Source: Octopus bimaculoides
Lineage: Eukaryota
Length of the DNA stretch: 47,839 bases
Direction of reading: 5' to 3'
Assembly: GCF_001194135.2 (NCBI RefSeq)
Contig: NC_068994.1
Span: 53,755,472-53,803,310, forward strand
Below, piece after piece: positions 34,669 to 47,839 of the stretch. The number at the start of each line of letters is the position of its first letter. Position 1 is the first letter of the stretch. The translations under genes were made by a program, and so were the position numbers. The notes beneath the pieces were generated by a model. That model made no database searches. It was not told the DNA's origin and saw only the letters and a program-made list of their open reading frames with translations.

Positions 34669-35009
34669 ATTGCTTGCTTATAGTCTTACTAGAAAGAAAA
34701 TAAAAGAGCAGAATAAAATTTCTTGCACGTAGATATCTAGGACATTAAAATATATCTGAAAGAGATAGTGAGAAAACATTGAATAAATATTCATAACCAG
34801 CTTAGATAGATATCAGTTATGTTCAGATGGTTCACATATCAGGTTCGGAATGTCATATTTTGACATACCATCTTTTTAATTTTTAATTTTGCAAGGTCTA
34901 ACTACGTAGGAAGAATTGAAGAAAACTAACAGGTTGTTGTTGTTGTTATTTTGTTCAAAGTCAGCCCTGATTCGCTCAACCCATCTTTTTTGGTTTCATG
35001 TATAATACT

Positions 35010-35310
35010 TCTTAACAACCATATTTGAAATGAGATAATTCAGGAAAAGAGCAGAGCGAATGATGTGATTGCAGAATACCAAAAGCAAAAATTCCACTGG
35101 GTCAGACATGTCACAAGGTTCACAGACAACAGATGAACTTCTGCAGTTGCCAAGTGGTATCCAAAAGATCAGAAAAGGCTCATGGGAAGGTCTATACAAT
35201 GATGGGAAAACAATTTAGTCAAGCAATTTGGGGCAAAATGGCACAATCAAGACAGAGTTGGAAGTGTATTGTGACCAGTGGTGCATAACAATATCTGATG
35301 ATCTGGTTGA
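35010..35310 (+). mobile_element. Degenerate RTE-1-like LINE 3' fragment
   Basis: NHI*NEIIQEKSRANDVIAEYQKQKFHWVRHVTRFTDNR*TSAVAKWYPKDQKRLMGR matches the W.GH..R..D.RW....W.P...KR..GRP motif; the stops sit at R/W positions. Confidence 0.8.
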
Positions 35311-35699
35311 CACTGTAATACTGTGATAATACTTCTAATTTGCCTAAATTCAATACCATCATTAGATATGTGATGCAGCCATAGAAAAGGATCGAGACTG
35401 CCTGTAAAAATCATACTGCCATTGAAACTCTGAAATATTTATCCTCATGCAATGATGTATTATGCAAAAAAAAAACAAAAAAAAACAGACGACCCTCCAC
35501 ATAAAAAACACCCCTCAAATATTTTGTTTATTACTATTTATTAATGATCATGGATGCCAAACCAAAGGAGTAACATAAAAAACATGAAGATTGATGGATG
35601 TGATGTTTCAGGAGTAACATAAGAGAGATAGATGAGTGTGACAGGACAATAAATGGGGAGGATTCTATAGGAGTGACATATTGGAAATATGTCTCCAAG

Positions 35700-35825
35700 C
35701 ACAGGAGTGGCTGTGTGGTAAGTAGCTTGCTTACCAATCACATGGTTCTGGATTCAGTCCCACTGCATGGCACCTTGGGCAAATGTCTTCTACTATAACT
35801 TCGGGCTGACCAAAGCCTTGTGAGG
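35700..35825 (+). mobile_element. tRNA-derived SINE (family B)
   Basis: gtggtaag...catggttctggattcagtcccactgcatggcaccttgggcaaatgtcttctactata...gaccaaagccttgtgag. Related copies at about 16560(+), 15930(-), 21198(-), 26530(+), 32105(-), 33620(+), 36550(-), 37595(+) and 7860(-). Confidence 0.75.
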
Positions 35826-38630
35826 TCCATCACAGAATTACTCCTCTTTCCAAGTTGAGTGGACTGGAGCACTATGAAATGAAGTGTGTGTTTTGCTCAA
35901 GAACACAATGTGTCACCTGGTCCAGGAATTGAAACCACAATCTTACAATCAACACCTTAACTGCTAAGCCACACGCCTCTACACTCACGCTTTACTCAGT
36001 TCTTATTTCACAAAACATTAATCCGCTAGCATCCTCTTTCTGTGGATGTTATTCTAAAAGACATTGACTAAGATTAATAATGGTTTAAGTTGAATGTTAA
36101 CCATATTAATCTCACCTTTCTGGAAACTAAAAATAAATAAATAAATGAGTCAATTAATTCCATTCAGGTCATGATTGATTGCAGTTCAGTCTTGTGAGGG
36201 AAAAGCAGAGAAACCACACCTCAACACTTTATTGCAGTTTTGTTTCGTTTTCCTGAAAGAAATATATCTTTTATCGTTTACTTGTTTCAGCCATTAGACT
36301 GTGGCCATACTGGGGCACTGGCATGAGAAATTTTTAGTTGGACCAATCAACTCCAGTACTCTTTTATTTTTAAACCTGCTACTTATTATATTAGTCTCAT
36401 TTACTGGACCACTAAGTTATGGAGACATAAATGAAACAATACCTGTTGTCAAGTGGTGGTGGTGGTGGTGGAAGTGATGATGATGGGGAGACAAACACAG
36501 ATACATACATAAATATAACTGTGTGTGTATGTGTATATATATATATATATAAAACTGTCTTCTTCCAGTTTCCTCTGCCAAATCTCATGCAGAAGTCTTT
36601 GGTCAGCCCAAGGCTGTAAAAGAAGACACTTGCCCAAGGTGCAGTGGGATTGAACCCAGAACCATGTGGCTGGGAAGCAAGCTTCTTACCACACAACCAT
36701 GCTTATGCCTATTACCATGTAGCACAGCTAAACCTGTGCCTATAAATATATATGGATGATGGGTGAATGAATAGATGGATGGATGGATGGATGGATATAT
36801 ATNNNNNNNNNNNNNNNNNNNNNNNNNNNNNNNNNNNNNNNNNNNNNNNNNNNNNNNNNNNNNNNNNNNNNNNNNNNNNNNNNNNNNNNNNNNNNNNNNN
36901 NNNNNNNNNNNATAAATAAATGCATAGATAGATAGATAATGAGAGAGAGAGATAGAGAGAGAGTTAGATACATAAATAGACAGACAAACAGACAGACAGA
37001 CAGACAGGTAGGTATGTGTGTCTTCATGTGTGTATATACATGTGTGTGTGTGTGTATGTGTGTGTGTGTGTATGTGTGTGTATGTGTGTGTGTGTGTGTG
37101 TGTGTGCATATGCACACATGAAGATAGATAAATATAGAAAGATAGATAAATATGTATGCATATATAAATATGTGTGTGTATGTATGTGTATACACACACA
37201 CACACACATGCACACAGAGTAGGGGTAGTGAAGGGGAGACAGGTAGCAGAGAGAGAGAGAGAGAGAGAGATTAGTAGAAGCTAAATATGGCCTAATCCTA
37301 ACCTGTCACACTAGGAGTGGTCATTAATAGGAGATATTGAACCTGGTTGCTGTTTCAGTATCAGGTTATTGATAGGTTTTGGTCGGTTGGCCAGTCAGTC
37401 GGTTGGTTGAGTAGTTGCAGGTACAAACTGTTGCTATCATGTCATCTGCACATTTACAACTGCTGACCTGCACCACTCAGAACAAACACAACGCACACAC
37501 ACACACACACAGACTCTTACACACACACACACACGAGTGCATTCATGCATAGTAATAAATAAGAAACATGGAAGTGAAGTCTTAATAAGCATATAGGCGT
37601 GGCTGTGTGGTTAAGAAGTTTGTGTCCCAACCACATGGTCCTGGGTTCATTTCCACTGCAGGGTCCTTTGGCCAAGAGTCTTCAAATGTAACCCCAGGCT
37701 ATAGACTGTTGTTAATGGTCATTAAAAACAAAAAAAAGCTGGCACTCCGTCGGTCACAACAACAAGGATCCCAATTGATCCGATCAATGGAAGAGCTTTC
37801 TCATGAAATTAACATGCAAGTGGCTGAGTACTCCAAAGATATGTACAGCCTTATTGTAGTTCTCAGGGAGATTCAGTGTGACAGGGAGTGTTACGAGGCA
37901 TGCTCCCCTTTGAAATACAGGTACCACTCATTTTTACTGACTGTGTGGACTGGAGTAACATGAAATGAAGTGCCTTGCTCAAGGACATAATGTGCCGCTG
38001 GGAATTGAACTCACAACCTTCCTAATGCCAACCACTCCAAGAGTGTAGTGGATGCTTTTATGTGCCACCAGCCCAAGTGCCATTTATGTGTCACCGACAT
38101 GGATACATTTCGCATGTCACTGACATCCCATGTCCTTAACATGTCACCATCATAGCGCCTTTTATGTCACCAGCACTGTCCACAAAATGTATAAATTAAA
38201 CAGAAAGATATCTGCAATTGGTGTAACATACTAAGGTATATAGTTATGTATGCCTCCATCCTTGTTTATCATTTAGTGTATTCATTCACACACCACCCCC
38301 ATATTTTGCTAACCCTCAATTTATCCATACTCTCTTGCAAACTCTATCCAATCTTTCTTCCTGTTCTTCTGCTCTTCAGATTCTTCCGTGACACCTTGCC
38401 CACTACCACAACCACCACCACCATCTTTATCTTTCCAGTTCCAAATGACATCAGTGAACTATCAGACACCAGCATTTCAATTTTATCTCACCCTCTCAGT
38501 GACAAACAGCAGGTATCACAATAATGATCTGTATATCTTTTTATAGCATATTCTAGCATGTGCAAACATGGAAATGGCATCCACATGCACATACATGTGT
38601 ATGTGTGTGTGTGTGTGTACACATATGGAT

Positions 38631-38679
<49 letters not shown>

Positions 38680-38900
38680 NNNNNNNNNNNNNNNNNNNNN
38701 NNNNNNNNNNNNNNNNNNNNNNNNNNNNNNNNNNNNNNNNNNNNNNNNNNNNNNNNNNNNNNNNNNNNNNNNNNNNNNNNNNNNNNNNNNNNNNNNNNNN
38801 NNNNNNNNNNNNNNNNNNNNNNNNNNNNNNNNNNNNNNNNNNNNNNNNNNNNNNNNNNNNNNNNNNNNNNNNNNNNNNNNNNNNNNNNNNNNNNNNNNNN

Positions 38901-38952
<52 letters not shown>

Positions 38953-39546
38953 ATACACACACACACATATATATGAATATGCAAACATATGCGCATGTAT
39001 ACATACATATATACATACATACGTGTACAAACATATGTCTGCATATACAAATGTTTACACACACACATATATACACATACATAGGCAAGCAAACACACAC
39101 ATACATGCAGGCACACACACACGTATATATATTAATTTAAATCTATATTTGGAAGTCATTCACATTATCAGCATTCGGGGAATCAGTCAACTTACTGAGA
39201 TGCTGAAATGTCACTTATACAGTGTTAATAAATGTTTTACATTTTATTGAATGGGTGTGCGCGCATATGTGTGAGAGCATATGCATGTGTGCGTGCATGA
39301 GTGTGCGCCTGTGTGTGTGCATGAGTGCGTGCCTGTATGTGTGTGTCAGTTGGCAGATGGATGACTAAGTATACAGAGAGACAAACGTTATGTATGTGTA
39401 TGCATGGGTGAAGTTTAAATGCGCTGCTATGAATGCAAAGAGGTTTGAACGTGTTTGCATGTGTGTGTGCTTATATATATATACACATAGACACATATAC
39501 AGGCACATGCTTATACATATGCATACGTATATTTTTTTGCATGTGT

Positions 39547-39589
<43 letters not shown>

Positions 39590-40618
39590 TATGAACATAC
39601 AAATGTATATTACAGTTTTTTTTAGTTACATGCATATACATACATATATATGTACATATACTTTTAGACAAACACATACATGGTGACGCATGTGTATATA
39701 TAATGTGCATATATACATATTAATATATATGCATACATAAATATATCTATATCTATATCTATCTATATATATATATATATATATATNNNNNNNNNNNNNN
39801 NNNNNNNNNNNNNNNNNNNNNNNNNNNNNNNNNNNNNNNNNNNNNNNNNNNNNNNNNNNNNNNNNNNNNNNNNNNNNNNNNNNNNNNNNNNNNNNNNNNN
39901 NNNNNNNNNNNNNNNNNNNNNNNNNNNNNNNNNNNNNNNNNNNNNNNNNNNNNNNNNNNNNNNNNNNNNNNNNNNNNNNNNNNNNNNNNNNNNNNNNNNN
40001 NNNNNNNNNNNNNNNNNNNNNNNNNNNNNNNNNNNNNNNNNNNNNNNNNNNNNNNNNNNNNNNNNNNNNNNNNNNNNNNNNNNNNNNNNNNNNNNNNNNN
40101 NNNNNNNNNNNNNNNNNNNNNNNNNNNNNNNNNNNNNNNNNNNNNNNNNNNNNNNNNNNNNNNNNNNNNNNNNNNNNNNNNNNNNNNNNNNNNNNNNNNN
40201 NNNNNNNNNNNNNNNNNNNNNNNNNNNNNNNNNNNNNNNNNNNNNNNNNNNNNNNNNNNNNNNNNNNNNNNNNNNNNNNNNNNNNNNNNNNNNNNNNNNN
40301 NNNNNNNNNNNNNNNNNNNNNNNNNNNNNNNNNNNNNNNNNNNNNNNNNNNNNNNNNNNNNNNNNNNNNNNNNNNNNNNNNNNNNNNNNNNNNNNNNNNN
40401 NNNNNNNNNNNNNNNNNNNNNNNNNNNNNNNNNNNNTTTTTCTATATATATATATATATTTTTTGTTTGTTTTGTTACAGTTTTTTAAAAAAATTTGTCA
40501 ATCGTTATTAATATCATCATCATATTTTCAAATAAAGAAACCATTCGTCTCTCTCCTTCTTCTTCTCCTCCTCCGCCCCCTCCTTCTTCTCTTTCTTCTT
40601 AATCTTATTATTGTAAAG

Positions 40619-41670
40619 AAGGCAAAGCGCTGGCAGAATCGTTACTGCACCAGACAAAATGCTTGGCAGCATTTCTTCAGGTTTTGCATCCTGAGTTCAA
40701 ATGCTGCCAAGGTAGACTTTGCCTTTCATTCTTCCAGAGTTGATAACTAAGTACCAGCTGAGCACTTGGAGTTGATGTAATCCACCAAGCCCCTCCCCTC
40801 AAAAGTCTGAGCCTTGTGCCAAAAATTAGAAAGGGTTATTACTATTATTATAAAAAAGGTGACAAGCAGGCAGACTCATTAGAATGTCAGACAAAATGCT
40901 CAGTAGTATTTCTGTTGGTTTTTCATGTTCTGAGTTCAAATCTCACAGAGGTCAACTTTGTTTTACATCCCCACCAGAGTTGATAACATAAAGTAACGGT
41001 CAAGTACTGAGGGCGATCTAAATCAACTAAGCCCCTCCCCTCAAAATTACCGGCCTTGTGCCAAAATCCGAAACCATCAAAGGCGGCGAGCTGGCAGAAT
41101 CGTTAGCATGCTGGATGAAATGCTTAGTGGTATTTCGCCCGTCGTTATGTTCTGAGTTCAAATTCCGCCCCGGTCGACTTTGCCTTTCATCCTTTCGGGG
41201 TCAATAAATTAAGTACCAGTTGCAGACTGGCCTCCTCCCCCAAAATTTCAGGCCTTGTGCCTATAATAGAATCATTAGCATGCTGTACAAAATGCTTAAC
41301 GATATTTCGCCCATCGTTACGTTCTGAGTTCAAATTCTGCAGAGGTCGACCCTGCCTTTCATCATTTTGGAGTCAATAAATTAAGTACCAGTTGCAGACT
41401 GGGGTCAATATAATTAACTCATCCCCACCTCCCACCAAGCTGCCCTTGTGGCAAAAATTTGAACCAATCATTATTATTATTATTATTATTTCAAAAGTAG
41501 CAAGATGGCAGAAATGGTTAGCGTCATTTTGTCTGCCTTTATGTTCTGTGTTGAAATTCTGTTGAGGTCAACTTTGTCTTTCATCCTTTCAGTTAAGCAA
41601 TGGGGGGAGTCAACGGAATCGACTTACCCACCTCCCACGAAATTACTGCCCTTGTGCCAAAATCTGGAAA
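40619..41670 (+). mobile_element. Head-to-tail array of about five tRNA-derived SINE copies (family A)
   Basis: Unit aaggcggcgagctggcagaatcgttagc...gttcaaattcc...ctttgcctttcatcc...taagtaccag starts at about 40619, 40856, 41079, 41271 (5'-truncated) and 41494. Dispersed copies at about 21778, 22000, 29330, 45030 and 8030(-). Confidence 0.8.
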
Positions 41671-42129
41671 CATGATTTATTTATTCATTTATTTATTCAT
41701 TTGCTTTTTATTCTTTGGTCTCTTATCTTTTATTACCTTATCCAAAACCCTACCACCACTGCCACCACCACCATTGTTGCTTTGAAATTTTCCCTTATAA
41801 TGTCCCCCATCTGTTGCCTTTGTAGCAATAAAAGAAATCATCATCATCATCATCGTTGTTGTTGTTGCTATTATTATTGAATCTTTCGGGATCTCTGTCC
41901 CTTGTTCATAATATAGTTTTAGGTTTTATGATCACTGTCATTGCTTTTTTATTGTTTTTCAATTTTGTTTCCTTTTTTTAAAATTTTTTTTTTACTTATT
42001 TATTGATAACAGCATTTGATAATAATGGATTGTCTGATCAATAAGCTGCATGTATATATGTGTGAACTGATCAACTCCTAAGGTAAAAAAAAAAAAAATC
42101 AATCGATAGTAGATTGAAGGATGTTTATA

Positions 42130-42430
42130 TGGAAGATGATGGCAGCAGCAGCAGCAGCAGGGGGGTGGGTGGGGTGACTACAGTGATGATGATGATGAGG
42201 AGGAGGAGGACAATGCCAATGATGATGACAATGACAATCAGAATAATTATGGTAATGACAATGATGGTGGTGGCAGTGGTGATGACAGCGATGATTATGA
42301 CAATGATGATGATGATGATGACGATCATGATGATGGTGATGATAGTGATGATGGTGATGATGATGATAATGATGATAATGACAATGATGGTGGTGGCGGT
42401 GGCCATGACAATGGTGATGATGATGACTTT
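42130..42430. repeat. (GAT/GGT)n trinucleotide low-complexity tract
   Basis: Directly visible. Confidence 0.9.
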
Positions 42431-43222
42431 CACATGAAAATAGATAACGAGTGGTACAAACATGTACCAAACACAGAAAAGGGCCAACAATGACTGGGTC
42501 GCAATCACCAGGGATATTCTTGACCAAACTAATAGGAAAATCAAAGAAAACTTTCCATATGCAATTATCAAGGACCGAAACAAAACATTTGTTTTCTGAT
42601 AAATGTCCACTCTGTAAAAGGGTTTGGCATCAAGAAAGGCATCCAGCTGTAAAGAATAAAAAAAAAACATGCAAAAACAGACAGTGATGCTTGGTGCAAT
42701 CCTCCGGCTTGCTAGTTGCTGTCAAACTGTCCAACCCATGCCAGCACGGAAGACGGACATTAAATGATGATGATGATGATGATGATGATGACAATGATAT
42801 GAAATGAAGTGTCTTGCTCAAGAGCACAACACACCACCCAGTCTAAGAAACAAAATCGTGATCATGTGACTACAAGGGCAACTCTCTGACCACTAGGACA
42901 CCATGCTGTGGCACCGCCTTGAAATGCTTGGCTGAACAACTTGTCCCTGGAAATTATTTTCAGTTCTGGTGTTAATTCCATAAGTCTCTTTTTCACTGAG
43001 TTGCTAAGATATAGGGGACATAAACAAACCAACACCACTTATCTAATGGCAAGAGACAAATACAAACATAAATCACATAAATACATACATCATGTAATCA
43101 TGGATAAATAATTTTATTTGGGGGCCCAAAGCCAGAGTAGAAGGACTTGCCCAACATGGCATGCAGTGGCATATGAATAGTGTATATATAAATAGTATAC
43201 ATACATACATACATACATACCT

Positions 43223-43269
<47 letters not shown>

Positions 43270-43425
43270 NNNNNNNNNNNNNNNNNNNNNNNNNNNNNNN
43301 NNNNNNNNNNNNNNNNNNNNNNNNNNNNNNNNNNNNNNNNNNNNNNNNNNNNNNNNNNNNNNNNNNNNNNNNNNNNNNNNNNNNNNNNNNNNNNNNNNNN
43401 NNNNNNNNNNNNNNNNNNNNNNNNN

Positions 43426-43470
<45 letters not shown>

Positions 43471-44432
43471 TATATGTATATCTATATAAATATATATAAA
43501 TATAAATATATACAAACATACATATATATACACAGATACACATTTATATATCATATATACATTATGTATATCTGTATACTATGTGACTATATATATATAA
43601 CATACACAATATACTTACATGTATATAATATATATATCATATATGTATGTACATTATATAAATGCACAACATATCCATGTAATATACATATATGATATAT
43701 ATTATATAATATATGTATATATATCTTATGTATTATATCTATATTATATAATCCGTTGTATAATTTGTTATACGCACAAAATAGAAAAATAAAATTTCAT
43801 AAGTAGCTAAACCTTAAAAGTGGAGGACATTTACTAAAAGTAGGAAGGATTAGAGGTCCCCTGAAAACCATGACAACCTTCTGCTCTGGGCACGTGTCCC
43901 TCTTCCATCCCTAATACCCACCATAGCAAATGGATAAATATGGATCAATAATTATTTGATTAATATACAGCTGCTCAGGGCATTGTACCCTTGGACTATT
44001 CAGTGCAACTTGTGTTATTTGAATAGAAAAGGAGAGAGTAGTAGGAGAGAGAGGAAGGAAGGGAGAGCTTGTTGTTGGCGTGCTGGCTGGCAGACGGACG
44101 GACGGACAGACTAGCTGATGATTTGACTGACAAACAAAAAAAGCACACAAGAAAAAAGCAAAAAGAAAGCAAAGAAACCACTCAACAGTTGGTTAGAGTA
44201 AGAGAGAAAGATATTTTAATATCAATTTCAAATAAATAATAATCAATAAAATCTAAAGTGATCAGATGCTGGAGTGGGACCTATTCTGAAGCATCAAGAA
44301 GAGGAGACAACCATTTCTCTCTGGACAGGAAAGATAACTTTCAGTCGTTCTGGTTCCAAATTCTAGGCAAACTACAGCCCATGGATCTTTCTAAATGGCA
44401 TGCCTAATGAAAATTACCTTGAATATATGTAT

Positions 44433-44471
<39 letters not shown>

Positions 44472-45204
44472 TAAATGATGATGATGATGATGATGATGAT
44501 GATATATATACATACATATATATATATATATATGCATATATATACATACATATATATATACATACACATATATATATATGCATACATATACATACATATA
44601 TACATATAAATACGCACACACAAACATATATATGTATGTATGTGTAAGTATATGTGTATGTGTGTGTGTATGTATATATGTGTTTAGACACACACACATA
44701 TATAAATATACATATACATACATGCACATGCATCCCACTTCTTGGAAAAAGTTTGCCCATACCTGTCCTGGGACACTACATTCTTCAAAAACTCCTGAAA
44801 TTCACCAATGCTACTCCTGTTGTGCCTATGCACTTTTTGCTTTTTATGACTCTTTTACGGTTCAATTTCCTTGTGCTTTATTCTATCTACTGTACATGTC
44901 CATCTAGCTTTCATTGCCATCTTTCTTTCTTTGACAATTTCTGCTGCTTTCTCTCCTCTCTTTTAACCTTTTACAACAAGTGCACTTGAGTCCTGTATAC
45001 AATAAATTCAATATTGTTATTAGTAGCTTGAAGGTGGCAAAGCTGGCAGGATCATTAGCATGGTGGACAATAATGCTTAGCAGCATTTCTTCCAGCCTTA
45101 CACTCGCTGCCTTAGACATAACAATAACAATAATAATAATAATAAAAATAAATGCCTTGATGCAGTACCAGACACTGGCTCTCATGGCTTCTGATCTTAA
45201 CTGA

Positions 45205-45700
45205 TTGGAAGTTTTTGTACATGTACATTGTTTTGTTTTGGTATAAAAGTTGGGCTACAACAAATATTCTGCTCAGTACCACAGATTTGCCTGTCAGTTA
45301 TTTGACCGTAACCAGTTGAGCATGTCCCTTGGTGGCTGACGATATGTGCATCTCTGATCATGAGTAGAAGTAGTGGGGGAGCATCATGGCCATGGGTTGA
45401 AAGGAATTCTTTGGGGTTTGAATAATTCACCTTTGGAAATATGGGTGTTTTGCTCAACATCTTTAAACGAACCTTATTCAGGGACCTTTTGAGTGGGATG
45501 GGCTACTCGACCTGAAGAAAATTCTAACTGGGCCCCACCTGCAAGGTCATGCGCTGTTTATCTTGATATGAGATCACCATGTCGCGCACATATGGTTGTG
45601 ATGCATGTGCCTGGTGTACCCTTATCAGACAGGTAGTCATGATGGATATATTGGGCTTCGTATATTTTACCCCAGTGTCACTTTGATGGCATGCACTGCT
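45205..45700. repeat. Probable interspersed repeat (about 490 bp), family unassigned
   Basis: High-complexity non-coding block ending in a (CT)n tail. It resembles a repeat I associate with octopus assemblies, but there is only one copy in this window, so this is not demonstrable here. Confidence 0.35.
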
Positions 45701-45743
45701 CTCTCTCTCTCACTCAATAATAATAATGATAATAATTATACAG

Positions 45744-46041
45744 AGAAAGCCAGACAGTCTTTATTGAGAAAGAAAGCAAACGATGCTGGATCTTAGATAT
45801 AGCATGTCCAGCTGACAACAAGGTATGCGATAAGGAAGAAAGAAAAGTCAAGAGATATGATAGGTTAGCTTGGGAAGTTAAGCAGTTGTGGTTGATGGAA
45901 AAGGTAGCAGTAGTACCAATAATTGTCAGAGCCCTGGGAACAGTGAGTAAAAAGCTTGAGAAGTACATGGAACAAATAGGGGCTGAAATAAAATGTGTGG
46001 ACACACCAGAGCCACATATACTACCAAGAAAAGACATTTAA
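45744..46041 (+). mobile_element. 5'-truncated R4/Dong-like non-LTR element, restriction-like endonuclease domain
   Basis: RKPD(-1 frameshift)VFIEKESKRCWILDIACPADNKVCDKEERKVKRYDRLAWEVKQLWLMEKVAVVPIIVRALGTVSKKLEKYMEQIG contains the PD..D...K RLE motif and the VP...GALG-like motif. Confidence 0.8.
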
Positions 46042-46369
46042 GGAAAAAAAAGAAGCAAATCCATTTGTTGCACCTCGAGGTCATTGTGATTTGTGGAGTA
46101 CATTGGAATTGTATCTTGATGATAAAGGTTTCAGCTGATCCAATCAACAAAACAACCTGCTCTTGAAAATAATATGCAAGTGGAAATTAACGTGCAAGTG
46201 GTTGAGTACTCCACAGACACACATACCCTTAATGTAGTTCTCCAAAACGAAAAACTGGTAACCAAGGGTGAGAGGGCAATGAGGGTGGGGATAGTGCTGA
46301 AGGGGGGGGATATAAAAAATATCTGTAACATATGAAACTAAACAATCGTGACATTACAACCAACAAAAA

Positions 46370-46628
46370 CCCGGTATCACCAATCACCACCACCACCACC
46401 ACCACTGCCGCCGCCGTCATGATCATGATTAACATTATGAATTGACACCATCAAAGTCATTGTCATCATCATCATCACCACCACGACCACCATCAACATC
46501 AGTATGATTATCAATATCATGATGAAGATCAATAAAACCATTGATACATCATCATGATGAATACTATCATCATCATCATCATCATCAGTACAATATATAT
46601 CATGACAACGATGACAATCATCATCTCC

Positions 46629-46662
<34 letters not shown>

Positions 46663-46900
46663 CTATCACCCATCATCATCAACAGCATCATCTTCACCAT
46701 CACCACCACCGCCATCATCGTCTTCTTCGCCACCAACATCATCATTATCATCATCATCATCATCATCATGACAATGATGACAATCATCATAATCAACATC
46801 ATCATCACCACTATCATCATCACCACTATCATCAGCAACATCATCATCACCACCACCAGCACCAGGATCATCACTCCATCGTCATCACCACCATGATGCC
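46370..46900. repeat. (CAT/CAC)n trinucleotide low-complexity tract
   Basis: Directly visible. Confidence 0.9.
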
Positions 46901-47250
46901 ACAGTGTCATCACAACATAAGGAGTCCAATGAGTACAAGTACACTGACCTAACAACCTCTCTCTCTCTCTCACACACACACTCTAATACCACCGAAACAC
47001 CCCACCCTGCTCTCTGAGACCAACCACTGCCACAAAGAAGTTAAAAATCCATTCACTGTTACACGCTTAAATAGGATATACACAAAAACAATACACAACT
47101 ACTACACAGAAAAACAAACACACACACACACACACCCTCTCTCTCTTTCCCTCCAACTCTACTCCTTGGCCCCAACCAACCATCCACTCCCCTATCATCT
47201 CACACCCATACTACAGGGGTGGGGGAGAAACTATCTCAATCGATATTGCT

Positions 47251-47449
47251 GTTTTACCATAGCAACTAAAAAAAAATATTAAAAAAAAACTCGTCTCAGG
47301 TAATGTTGGACTAAGTATTTAACAAATTGCTGCCGTTTCTATGGTTACAGATACTTTTTTTTCTCTTTCCCCCTCTCCCTACCCTGCAGCACCATCTTCT
47401 CCTATCAGCTTCCTCACCAACCTCGCCGCCACCACCACCTTCGGTTGCC
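47251..47449. promoter_or_regulatory. Cluster of RFX X-box-like motifs
   Basis: 47335-47348 reverse complement GTAACCATAGAAAC matches GTHNYYATRRNAAC fully. 47253-47266 TTTACCATAGCAAC matches 13/14. A GTTGCC half-site lies at 47444. Confidence 0.45.
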
Positions 47450-47777
47450 AGTTTCATTTTGCCTCTAAGTGTCCCTGATTTGTTTTAAAGGCAGAAAGAC
47501 AAATTCACCAAAGCAGAATTTGGGGGGTTTTTTGGGTTTTTTTTTTTCTTCTTTTTTTTACAAGTCAACAATTAGGGAGTTGGTAGTGAACATGGCATTT
47601 GATGAGAACTGCTTCACCAAAGACATACCTGATATTAAATATATATAATTAATAAAAATAATAATAATAAAAAAACAGAGAAAGAAAGACAAGGAAAAAA
47701 CAACGATGCAGGGGAAGTGGGACATGCAAAGTATTAATAAGACACTCATATATACGCACATATATACATACACACTC

Positions 47778-47839
<62 letters not shown>

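Noticed and set aside
40619-41670. CRISPR-like or satellite interpretation of the repeated units
   Set aside because: Units are about 200-bp diverged SINEs with dispersed copies elsewhere in a eukaryotic context; there is no repeat-spacer structure.
42099-42670. His-rich, Met-rich and Ile-rich ORFs (also 46377-46979)
   Set aside because: All frames of (CAT/GAT/CAC)n tracts give such homopolymeric peptides; no splice or phase support.

Overview
AT-rich, microsatellite- and SINE-dense animal genomic DNA with nine N-gaps. The repeat content suggests an octopus-type cephalopod draft assembly (inference, not verified). Two convergent spliced genes can be reconstructed with consistent intron phases. 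(1) + strand R3HCC1/R3HCC1L (GIDRP88) homologue, join(5936..6042,9688..9834,11009..11191,12059..13781,14642..14732,16241..16322,17203..17273,18142..18237,19452..19592,20061..20146) = 2727 nt, 908 aa. It has an N-terminal R3H domain, an RG box, EJC-binding-like motifs, polyQ, a long S/T-rich region, an RRM-like domain and a C-terminal coiled coil. (2) - strand MORN4/retinophilin homologue, join(34668..34493,31529..31420,31053..30905) = 144 aa. The most interesting signal is that the R3H-encoding exon has no in-frame AUG. Instead a CTG in strong Kozak context (AGC-CTG-G, 5936) sits where human R3HCC1 begins at its CUG codon. It is followed by an out-of-frame AUG mini-ORF, a cryptic donor, a candidate poison exon and a later in-frame AUG. 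Together these suggest one locus could make both R3H-containing and R3H-less products. An AUG-supplying upstream exon cannot be excluded from sequence alone. The rest is tRNA-derived SINEs, RTE and R4/Dong LINE fragments, piggyBac-like MITEs, several long fold-back elements and microsatellites. Nearly all other ORFs in the supplied track are artefacts.
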